In this document: one piece after another, positions 7,923 to 15,632 of the stretch
Numbering within the stretch: position 1 is the first letter of the stretch
Layout of the letters: every line of letters starts with the position of its first letter
Assembly: GCA_035559775.1 (NCBI GenBank)
Contig: DATMAU010000063.1
Span: 31,489 to 55,488, forward strand
From: Sulfolobales archaeon
GTDB lineage: Archaea; Thermoproteota; Thermoprotei_A; Sulfolobales; AG1
Direction: 5' to 3'
Length of the DNA: 24,000 nucleotides
The notes under the pieces: model-generated
The model's database searches: none
What the model saw: only the letters and a program-made list of their open reading frames with translations
What the model was told of the DNA's origin: nothing
Made by a program: the position numbers and the translations under genes

Positions 7923-8966
7923 TTGGGCTGTTTCTTGGAGAAGAGATCACTTGCTGTGATGATCATAGGCATTGTTGCGTACCTTGTCTATATATTCGCC
8001 TATGTGGGGATAGATAAGCTCGTTTATATCCTGGCTAAGGTTAATGTTATGATGATAATGTTATCAATGATCTTTCTCCTTATATCGATCCTGCTTCACG
8101 GGCTTTCATGGCATATATTGATTAGTGAGAATGTAAAGGGTGTTTCAAAGACAATATCAGCTACGATTGCTAGCCTGTTCGCCTCATATGTGGTGCCAAT
8201 AGGGGCTGCATCAGAGCTGGTTAGGTTCTTCATAGCTACAAGGCTTATTGGGATCAGTGTTGCCACCACAGTGTTATCGATACTTGTCCACAGGATCTCC
8301 ACCACATTAGCCCCGCTCATAGCATTATTATTCCTCATCCTCTACCTCAGAGGAGAACTCGTTGTGATCGAGAGTGCGACTATAGCTACCATATTGGCAG
8401 TATATCTAGTCGTTATAGTGTTTCCAAACGTTCTTGTTATGGGTCTGATAAAAACCAGGATCTTTGAGAAACTGATGAGGAGGTATGAGAAATACCTCTC
8501 AAGGATCATTGGCGATGGTGTGAGTACTTTCTCAGAAGAGTATAGAAGATCTATGGCTGGCTTGATAAGCAGACCGAGATTCCCTCTAGCACTCGGTATC
8601 TCGCTCATCGAGTGGTTATTCCTAGTAGCATCTATGTACGCGATCTTCCTTGCTATCTCCTTAAACAAGGATCTAGTTATAGCTGCAGTATCGATAATAA
8701 TGATCCAGATCCTCTGGTGGGTATTACCCATATCCTTCGCCGGATCTATAGGGATCACAGATCTTCTGGCATCTATAGCATATCAGCTCCTCAACTTCGA
8801 GCCGGGGGTTTCTGCAAGCATAGTGGTTATATATAGGCTAGTATCTCTAACATCACTGTTAATCCTACTCTATCCTTCGCTAAGGATCCTTGGTATATAT
8901 CCGCGCGAGATCAGGAGGATCTATAGAGAGAGCCAGGATATGAAGACGGATCAAGCGGGTTATTAA
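7923..8966 (+). CDS. Multi-pass membrane protein, flippase-like / lysyl-PG-synthase TM-region family (UPF0104-like)
   Basis: 347 aa with about 8 hydrophobic helices. The segment ...LHGLSWHILI...SLFASYVVPIGAASELVRFFIA resembles the (R/S)W...P.G...E..R signature of this family. It is paired convergently with a GT2 glycosyltransferase. An alternative ATG start is at 7959. TATA-like atttatcattaata at 7891-7904. Confidence 0.55.
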   Translation: MGCFLEKRSLAVMIIGIVAYLVYIFAYVGIDKLVYILAKVNVMMIMLSMIFLLISILLHGLSWHILISENVKGVSKTISATIASLFASYVVPIGAASELVRFFIATRLIGISVATTVLSILVHRISTTLAPLIALLFLILYLRGELVVIESATIATILAVYLVVIVFPNVLVMGLIKTRIFEKLMRRYEKYLSRIIGDGVSTFSEEYRRSMAGLISRPRFPLALGISLIEWLFLVASMYAIFLAISLNKDLVIAAVSIIMIQILWWVLPISFAGSIGITDLLASIAYQLLNFEPGVSASIVVIYRLVSLTSLLILLYPSLRILGIYPREIRRIYRESQDMKTDQAGY

Positions 8967-10213
8967 TAAGACTTGGTATTTGTGCTGCACGGGATGGCCC
9001 TGCTACCATTATCAACGATACAGTATTCAACACCCCTCCATAAGAATCTACGCGAAGTTCTTGCAGTGATGATGATAGAGAGTATGAGGGGCGCTCTTAA
9101 TGATGATATGAGTATGTATATATATTTCCAGAGCTTCTTATTCTTTTCGATATCGGGTTCCTTGTAGATCGATTCTGGGCTATAGTTTCTCAGCGATATA
9201 AAGGCTCTCAAAGCCCCAATCAATATATAGCCTAGGATCAGCATTATTAGCGGGCTTAAGATCTGAAGAGGAGTTCCGACGGCAACCAGGATCGCTGGTA
9301 GCAGTAGAATCAATGTGTTTATAGTATATATTAGCATCAAGATCTTGAAGCCAAGGGGGGTATAGAGTCTCAGTATGATCATCTGTCTCACGGCCCATCG
9401 ATAGAAACTCCTAAAGCCTTTCTGTGCCGGTGTTAGGGATATGCATTTGCCACAGAAAACGATTCTATAGCCGCTCCTTCTCGCCTCTCTGTTTATAACA
9501 GCATCATCTGACAGTTCTTTTCGAAACTTCTCCTCCAAGCCTAGGTTCTTCGCAACGCTTAGGGGCATTGCTGTCAGACCGCCCCACACGATCCTCGTCA
9601 TACTTATCCCCATGTACTCGAAGGCTATCGATGAGACCGTGTTATATAGCACAGAATATATATCTTTAAGCAAATACCACCTATACCCAGTAACAATACT
9701 GCCAAGAATGGAAGAGGCTTTAGAGGCATAGAGTACCGATCTCGGGTGGTGATAAGCATCACAATCGAGCATAACGATTACTTCACGTCCATTAGCATTG
9801 GGATCGATGCTCTTTAACCCGGCGATCAAAGCCCTATTTTTACCCGAACACTCAGTACACTCGTCAGGCCTGCTGACAAGAACATCTATATCATCTCTAC
9901 CGATACCCATACGTTTTAAGAACCCGATATCATCACGGTCTATAACAATGAGACCTCTATCTATATATCCAAGATCTAGGGATCTCTTAAGCGAGTTGAG
10001 AGTATATGAAACCTCTTCCCATGAAGAGGCAGTGATCTTGCATGGAATAAGCGCTATGGATCTCACATCACTTGAACCAGCTCTGAGTATTGCTGACTCT
10101 ATGCTCCTCATAGCAGCTACTATGCCTCTATAGTTATAGATCAGCTGAACTGCCTGAACAACAAGTCCAAGGCTTAGGAATACTAATAGCAGTACAAAGA
10201 GGGCGATGTTCAT
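8963..10213 (-). CDS. Family-2 glycosyltransferase (membrane-anchored, ceramide-glucosyltransferase-like topology)
   Basis: 416 aa. It has an N-terminal TM helix, a GT-A core with the DxD-type motif VIVMLDCDAYHHP, and C-terminal TM helices after ...FRSFYRWAVRQMIILR. Confidence 0.8.
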   Translation of the reverse strand: MNIALFVLLLVFLSLGLVVQAVQLIYNYRGIVAAMRSIESAILRAGSSDVRSIALIPCKITASSWEEVSYTLNSLKRSLDLGYIDRGLIVIDRDDIGFLKRMGIGRDDIDVLVSRPDECTECSGKNRALIAGLKSIDPNANGREVIVMLDCDAYHHPRSVLYASKASSILGSIVTGYRWYLLKDIYSVLYNTVSSIAFEYMGISMTRIVWGGLTAMPLSVAKNLGLEEKFRKELSDDAVINREARRSGYRIVFCGKCISLTPAQKGFRSFYRWAVRQMIILRLYTPLGFKILMLIYTINTLILLLPAILVAVGTPLQILSPLIMLILGYILIGALRAFISLRNYSPESIYKEPDIEKNKKLWKYIYILISSLRAPLILSIIITARTSRRFLWRGVEYCIVDNGSRAIPCSTNTKSY

Positions 10214-10470
10214 AATAGCAAGACCTCTCAGGATAAACTGTAAAGAAGCCCTATATCCACATTAGATCCTTGGCAGATCCTTAGATACAAACCGGTATCG
10301 ATAATAAAGGCTCGGAGAAAGAAGGGCATGCTATGTAGAGTTCTGTTTTCATAGCAATTAGTATTGCTCAACTCTGGATCACCTTGGGGCTTCATAGTTC
10401 TTTATAATAACAACTCTATTCCTAAATTCGCCTCTCAAGGAATAATCTGTTATAGCTAAGCTACCCATAG

Positions 10471-11676
10471 CTATTTGCTTAGTGTTTTTCTAATGTATTC
10501 TGCTTTTATTCTCTGCATCATATTTGGTATATCTATATGTAGTGGGCAGACTTCTCTACAGTTCCCCGCATGTATGCATAGCATGCTTAAAGGCCCTGCC
10601 TCCTCTATGCCTCTCGTTATATAGAGCCATACAACACCCATAGGCCCATTATATGCCCCTGAACCCCATGAAGGCCCTATTGTCTGATAGACAGGGCATT
10701 CTATTAGGCATCTCCCGCACCTTATACATCTAAGCATGTCGGATAGCAATGGGTCTTTTGAGTATCTAAGTCTATTGTTATCTATAAATATAACATGATA
10801 CTCTCTAGGACCGTGGGCTCCATAAACCCTCTCATACTCGATATCAGCAGTAGAGCTAGGACCAGCTATAACGTTTATATATGTTGGAGGGTATAGCCCT
10901 GCATATGCTGCTTGAACCATAGCCACTTTTAACGCGTCTTCAAGTGTAGGGACGATCTTGTCTACCGAGGCAAGGACTATATGGATCTCGGGTAATGCTG
11001 ATGAGAGTCTATTATTGCTCTCGTTCTCTACCGTAACGGTAGCTCCTGTGTCTGCTGCGAAAGCATTGGCTCCGGTGATCCCTACGTTTGCTTTTACGAA
11101 CTTCTCTCTGAGAAAGATCCTTACCCTCCTAACGATCTCGTTGATCTCCATCTTCTCACTAACATCAACACCAGCACCCCTCTTAAGATACTCAGCTACA
11201 GAGGCTTTGGAGAGATGGATAGCGGGTATAACCGGGTGTGAGGGTCTATCGCTCCCAGCTTGTAGTATTAGCATTCCTAGGTCTGTTTCCCACACCTCAT
11301 TTCCTAGTTTCCTAAGATATTCGTTTATACCTATCTCCTCAGAGATCATTGATTTACCCTTAATCACGATCTTACCTTTACCAACGATCTCGCCAACAAT
11401 CCTCCTAGCGTCCTCAGGAGTCTCAGCATAGTAAGCCTTACCACCAACCCTACCAACGCTCTCCATAGCCTGTCTCAAAAGCTTATCGATATTCTCTATA
11501 GAATACCTCTTTATCCTAGAAACCTCCTCAGCGAGATCCTCGATATATGGGTATCTTTTAAGCACATCATAGACCTTTTCAGAGACTTTTGGAAGTATTG
11601 TTTTCAACAGTCTTCCAAGATCCTCGTTCTCAGAGGCTTTTGCCGCAGAGCTTAGCACTTCTTCTAAACTTCTCAA
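10471..11676 (-). CDS. LUD-domain iron-sulfur protein (LutB/YkgF-like lactate-utilisation family)
   Basis: 401 aa. An N-terminal/central LUD (DUF162)-type region (ITGANAFAADTGATVTVENESN) is followed by the ferredoxin-type motif CIRCGRCLIECPVY and a second, looser one, CIHAGNCREVCPLHI. The start is TTG 11676 or GTG 11658. Confidence 0.75.
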   Translation of the reverse strand: MRSLEEVLSSAAKASENEDLGRLLKTILPKVSEKVYDVLKRYPYIEDLAEEVSRIKRYSIENIDKLLRQAMESVGRVGGKAYYAETPEDARRIVGEIVGKGKIVIKGKSMISEEIGINEYLRKLGNEVWETDLGMLILQAGSDRPSHPVIPAIHLSKASVAEYLKRGAGVDVSEKMEINEIVRRVRIFLREKFVKANVGITGANAFAADTGATVTVENESNNRLSSALPEIHIVLASVDKIVPTLEDALKVAMVQAAYAGLYPPTYINVIAGPSSTADIEYERVYGAHGPREYHVIFIDNNRLRYSKDPLLSDMLRCIRCGRCLIECPVYQTIGPSWGSGAYNGPMGVVWLYITRGIEEAGPLSMLCIHAGNCREVCPLHIDIPNMMQRIKAEYIRKTLSK

Positions 11677-11982
11677 GCTATCACCCAGTATTTATATCTA
11701 CATAAGACTACATTAAGGAGGGTAAAAACTCTTATGTTAATAATAATATAACCATGTGGTAGGACCCTGTTTATCGAGAACTGCTAAGCTCTATGGGGTC
11801 TTATGATATAGCCTCCGCGAACTATTTCTGCTTTTATGAAGTTTTATAAATAGTACGTTTAGCTTTTCTATTAAAAGCCCCTCATGATGTGTATTACATA
11901 AAGACCAAGTAGGCTGGGTAAAGATGGACAAGGCATGGGCTCACAGCAGGTGAAGAGGAACTGTGGGTTGAAGTAACCTTGG

Positions 11983-12951
11983 ATGGGTGATGACGCAATA
12001 TGGTCTCTGAGATCAGTGAAGCTAATGGTTAAGGGTATAGATATTATAGACCCATTAGCCTGCTGGTGTGAAATATTTTGGGACACGTCTTTGATATTTA
12101 GGCTGATTAGGAGACAAGATCTAGCATATATTTTTCAGTGGTTAGAGCAGAACGACTATTTAAGATCAGGTGTTCTCGAGAGATATGTTAACGAGGGAAG
12201 AGCATACACCGTGGAGATCGATGGAAAACCAGTTGCGGTGGGCATAATACATGTAGTCGGTGGAGAAGGAGCATGGCTTATGGGTGCTAGGGTTATGAAG
12301 GAGCATAGAGGGCATGGGGTTGGTAAGCATTTAACCCAGGGTCTCGTTGAAGAGGCTTCCAGATCTGGGTTTAAGTGGGCTGCACTGTTAACAAGCGTTG
12401 ATAATAAGCCTGTCCATAGGATATGTGAGAAGCTCGGCTTCCAGATAAGGGCTATCATATCGTGGATGTATATTGATAAAGATAAAATCTACAGGCTTGG
12501 TGAAGGCGGTGTCTATATATCAATGCCCAGCACCGATAGAAAGGCCTTGGATCATTTAAAAAGATCTATAGGTAATAATAGCATAGTAATCCCCGATAGC
12601 GATAACATGTGGGTATGGAGACCTCCCAGCGAGGAGGCTATAGAGAGGATGATCCTTGCTAGCGAGAGGCTATGCCTTGCCAGAGACGGAGGCTTTGGTG
12701 TGGTAGCCTTGATAAGTTCCAGAAGGGATCGGGGAACAATACAAACCCTAGTGCTTGAAACACAAAAGACTATGGATAGTGTTAGTGATATTGCTGGCTG
12801 TATAGCTTATGAGAGCATGCAGGATAGGTTTGGAGAGATAGAGCTTATTGTAGTAGAGAGGCCAGGGCATGGTTGGAGTGTCTGGGAATCGATCTACCAG
12901 CTAGCTAGGGAGAAGCCGTGGAGGGCATATGTATTTTATAAAGAACTCTGA
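11983..12951 (+). CDS. GNAT-family N-acetyltransferase with a C-terminal extension
   Basis: The acetyl-CoA-binding motif is VMKEHRGHGVGKHLTQGLVEEA (R-x-x-G-x-G). It is followed by ~170 aa of unknown function. The start is uncertain: TTG 12091 would give the more typical GNAT N-terminus MIFRLIRRQDLAYIFQWL. Confidence 0.75.
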   Translation: MGDDAIWSLRSVKLMVKGIDIIDPLACWCEIFWDTSLIFRLIRRQDLAYIFQWLEQNDYLRSGVLERYVNEGRAYTVEIDGKPVAVGIIHVVGGEGAWLMGARVMKEHRGHGVGKHLTQGLVEEASRSGFKWAALLTSVDNKPVHRICEKLGFQIRAIISWMYIDKDKIYRLGEGGVYISMPSTDRKALDHLKRSIGNNSIVIPDSDNMWVWRPPSEEAIERMILASERLCLARDGGFGVVALISSRRDRGTIQTLVLETQKTMDSVSDIAGCIAYESMQDRFGEIELIVVERPGHGWSVWESIYQLAREKPWRAYVFYKEL

Positions 12952-13024
12952 GTAGTAGAGAGATCTACAGCGATAGAAGCCGTGTAGAGGATGAGAAGTA
13001 AACCGCTTATTACCCCACATGCTG

Positions 13025-13034
13025 ATTTAAATGA
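13025..13034 (+). promoter_or_regulatory. TATA-box candidate for rps19
   Basis: atttaaatga lies about 25 nt upstream of ATG 13051 with no SD between them. This is consistent with a leaderless mRNA. Confidence 0.45.
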
Positions 13035-13050
13035 TAGGGTATAGGTAGCA

Positions 13051-13476
13051 ATGTCTCTCGAGATACCCGTCGAGTGGAGAAAGTTTAGGTATAGGGGTAA
13101 GAGCCTGGAGGAGCTTATGGAAATGCCCATGGACGAGTTATTAAACCTACTACCAGCAAGAGCTAGAAGGAGTCTTAAGAGAGGCTTTACAGAGCCTCAG
13201 AAAAGGCTTATTGAGAAGATAATGAAGGCTAGAAAGCTTGCTGAGGCTGGCAAGAAGGTTGTTATAAAAACACATGTGAGGGATCTAGTGATACTACCAT
13301 ACATGGTAGGACTCACCTTCGCAGTCTATAACGGTAAGGAGTATGTCACATTCACCGTAACCCCAGAGATGATAGGACACTATCTGGGCGAGTATTCTAT
13401 AACTACCAAGAAGGTTGAACATGGGGAGCCAGGGTTAAAGGCTACAAGGAGCAGCCTCTTTGTAGCTATGAAATGA
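13051..13476 (+). CDS. rps19: 30S ribosomal protein uS19 (S19p/S15e)
   Basis: 141 aa. The archaeal/eukaryal-type N-terminus is [45 protein letters not shown] and the conserved C-terminus is [23 protein letters not shown]. Confidence 0.95.
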   Translation: MSLEIPVEWRKFRYRGKSLEELMEMPMDELLNLLPARARRSLKRGFTEPQKRLIEKIMKARKLAEAGKKVVIKTHVRDLVILPYMVGLTFAVYNGKEYVTFTVTPEMIGHYLGEYSITTKKVEHGEPGLKATRSSLFVAMK

Positions 13477-13479
13477 TCC

Positions 13480-14412
13480 TCAATATTTGAACGCCATATA
13501 CCCCTGTGCAGCGCCAACCCATCTTATATCTTTAAAACCTGCAGCTGCGAGTCTCTCTTTTACACCCTTGAGATAGCTTATATTAGAATGCCTTCCAGGC
13601 TCGCCCGTATAGTGGAATAGAGAGCCCGGGCTTTTGAGAACCCGGTATAGCTCTTTATAGAACTCCAGGCTATAGAGATCCTCAGCAATATTGATCCTTG
13701 GGGGGTCGTGGAGGATCTTGTGGAAACACTGGTCGCATAGAGCTCTTATGATCTCGACAGCGTCTCCCAGGATCAGTTTGATCCTTTTGTCGCCGAGTAT
13801 TCTTGACCACGGATTCATCCTCGCTAGGTAGAGGACGTTTGGATCCTTATCTATAGACACCACCATAGAGGCCCCCAGCCTCAGTAGATTGGATGCTGTG
13901 TAGCCTAGACCGCTTCCTATTTCAAGCACTCTTAACCCCTTAACCCTTCCCAGGGCTCTGGTCTTGTTATAGGCGTCTCTCCAGGGATCTATGTTGAGAG
14001 TCCTGTGCATCTGGACACCGTTGATCTCGATTGTTGGTGCTGTACTGATCGATGTTGGTTTTAGTTTATAGTAATTACCATCTCTAAACATATCCAGCCT
14101 ATACAGTTTCCCCTCAATTATTTTGTACAAAAACCCCTCTCTGATCTCTTCATCAAGCTCTCTGATCGATGCTAAGTATCCTTCTATATAGACCTTATGG
14201 TCCTTCAGCTCAACACGGGTTGAGGTGAAACCAAGATCTAGTGTTGTTTCTAAAGACCCATGGCCCTTATTGATAGCGTCTTTAAAGAGCTCCACATGCT
14301 GTCTTATAATTATAGGGCCTTCTATATACTCATACTCATATATGTTGAGTCTAGCTAGTATGTCCTGAAGATCCCCGCTAGATCTTATCCTCATACCTCC
14401 GCACTCCGTCAA
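13480..14412 (-). CDS. Class I SAM-dependent methyltransferase (amino-MTase type, DPP motif)
   Basis: Motif I is VLEIGSGLGYTA. The acidic motif II is VVSIDKD. The motif IV-like sequence ILHDPPR is of the (D/N)PP(Y/F/R) type used by N-methyltransferases. A ~150-aa N-terminal domain is of unknown role. The start is TTG 14412 or ATG 14394, and either one overlaps the 3' end of the dys gene. Confidence 0.8.
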   Translation of the reverse strand: MTECGGMRIRSSGDLQDILARLNIYEYEYIEGPIIIRQHVELFKDAINKGHGSLETTLDLGFTSTRVELKDHKVYIEGYLASIRELDEEIREGFLYKIIEGKLYRLDMFRDGNYYKLKPTSISTAPTIEINGVQMHRTLNIDPWRDAYNKTRALGRVKGLRVLEIGSGLGYTASNLLRLGASMVVSIDKDPNVLYLARMNPWSRILGDKRIKLILGDAVEIIRALCDQCFHKILHDPPRINIAEDLYSLEFYKELYRVLKSPGSLFHYTGEPGRHSNISYLKGVKERLAAAGFKDIRWVGAAQGYMAFKY

Positions 14413-15460
14413 AGACCCAGCCTAGGTCTACGCCTTTTCTCTCAAGCCCTGCTTCCCTGATCGCTGCAGCTATTATTGGGAGAGCTATTGTTGCATCAAC
14501 ATTAACCATCGCCGAGCTGGCTAGTTCCACCTTACCCCAGCTCACAGCCTCCTCTAACGTCGCCCCGCTTAGCCCGCCCCACTGGGGTAGATCTGTGGTT
14601 ATCTTTATAGCATATTTATGCGGTTTAGATACATCGGTTCCCTGTCTCTTCTCCTCGAGAAGGGCTTTCGCCACGGCTACGAGCTGTGTGGTGTCTGTAG
14701 GAACGCCTCCCCCTATATATATAACCCCTGTCTCTTTGGATCTCAATGCTATTTCAACCATTTGTTCGAAGTCCTTGAACTGGTCTATATAGACTCTTTT
14801 TCCAAACTCTTTGAGGGCTTGTATATAGGCTATCCCATAGCCCGAATCAACTATAGCTGGTACAAACACAGGTACTCTGGATTTATAGGCGGAGGTAGCT
14901 ATAGATCTAATCCCCAGCCTTGATAGTCTCGCACCAAGTAAGTAGAGGAACTCTGCTGAGGAGAAAACATAGTCAGAGGGAAGATCCCTTATAAAGTCCC
15001 TTAAAAGCCTCTCCATCTCTCTGTATAGATACTCATCAGCATATACATCGTAGAACCTGTCTATCCTGTATTTAAGCAGGATCGTGTCATCAACACATGG
15101 AGAACCCCTACCATAGGGGAAACCCATACCGGCATAGATATCCTCTGACACATTGGCTCCCGTAGATACGAGCACATCTATATACCTCTTCTCGATCATC
15201 CAGCTGACAATACCCCACATACCAGCTGTAGCCATAGATCCGGCGAGACCCATATAGATCGTAACCTCAGGGTCGCGGATCATTGCCATGAGGATCTTGA
15301 AAACCTCTCCAAGCTTCCTACCCTGATACGCTGTCCCGCTCATAGCCTCGAGAACGGATCCTAGGCTCTTGAGCTCTTCAGGGTTGATTACCCTCACCTT
15401 GTCTTTAAAAAACAAACTACGATCGATCTCAACACCACCCTTGCCCAATAGTCTCACCAA
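14378..15460 (-). CDS. dys: Deoxyhypusine synthase
   Basis: 360 aa. It carries the hallmark EEAVSWGK (catalytic Lys region), GGGVPTD, and ...IDVLVSTGANVSEDI, which aligns to the TTAGGVEEDL region of eukaryal DHS. The start is TTG 15460 or GTG 15457. Confidence 0.93.
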   Translation of the reverse strand: MVRLLGKGGVEIDRSLFFKDKVRVINPEELKSLGSVLEAMSGTAYQGRKLGEVFKILMAMIRDPEVTIYMGLAGSMATAGMWGIVSWMIEKRYIDVLVSTGANVSEDIYAGMGFPYGRGSPCVDDTILLKYRIDRFYDVYADEYLYREMERLLRDFIRDLPSDYVFSSAEFLYLLGARLSRLGIRSIATSAYKSRVPVFVPAIVDSGYGIAYIQALKEFGKRVYIDQFKDFEQMVEIALRSKETGVIYIGGGVPTDTTQLVAVAKALLEEKRQGTDVSKPHKYAIKITTDLPQWGGLSGATLEEAVSWGKVELASSAMVNVDATIALPIIAAAIREAGLERKGVDLGWVFDGVRRYEDKI

Positions 15461-15479
15461 TATTCCCTAAATAACTAGG

Positions 15480-15488
15480 ATTATATAG
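15480..15488 (-). promoter_or_regulatory. TATA-box candidate for dys
   Basis: The minus strand reads ctatataat and ends 19 nt upstream of TTG 15460. Confidence 0.4.
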
Positions 15489-15632
15489 GGTTAAGGTCAT
15501 AGATATATCTCAGCTAAATATCTACTCTACTTCACCCAAGTAGATGGGGTGAAAGAGGGCTCGGGCTTCATTACGGTTGATATCGAGCAATATTAACTGC
15601 AGTGAAATCTAAATCCCTTTCTAGTAGTCCTG

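Noticed and set aside
8096-10133. Antisense or out-of-frame ORFs 8096-8338, 8342-8758, 8612-8836, 8973-9167, 9180-9398 and 9798-10133
   Set aside because: All lie inside the flippase-like or GT2 genes, on the opposite strand or in another frame. They have shadow-frame composition.
10228-10395. 55-aa minus-strand ORF between lutB-like and GT2 (MKPQGDPELSNTNCYENRTLHSMPFF...)
   Set aside because: It is below the track threshold and has no recognisable motif. The TATA-like sequence is only ~10 nt from its ATG, and there is no way to test conservation here.
10958-12458. ORFs 10958-11431 (+), 11871-12086 (-) and 12156-12458 (-)
   Set aside because: They are antisense to the LutB-like or GNAT genes. 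They are Ser/Thr/Pro/Leu-rich shadows.
12936-13130. ORF 12936-13130 (-), 64 aa
   Set aside because: It is antisense to the rps19 promoter and 5' end and has no support.
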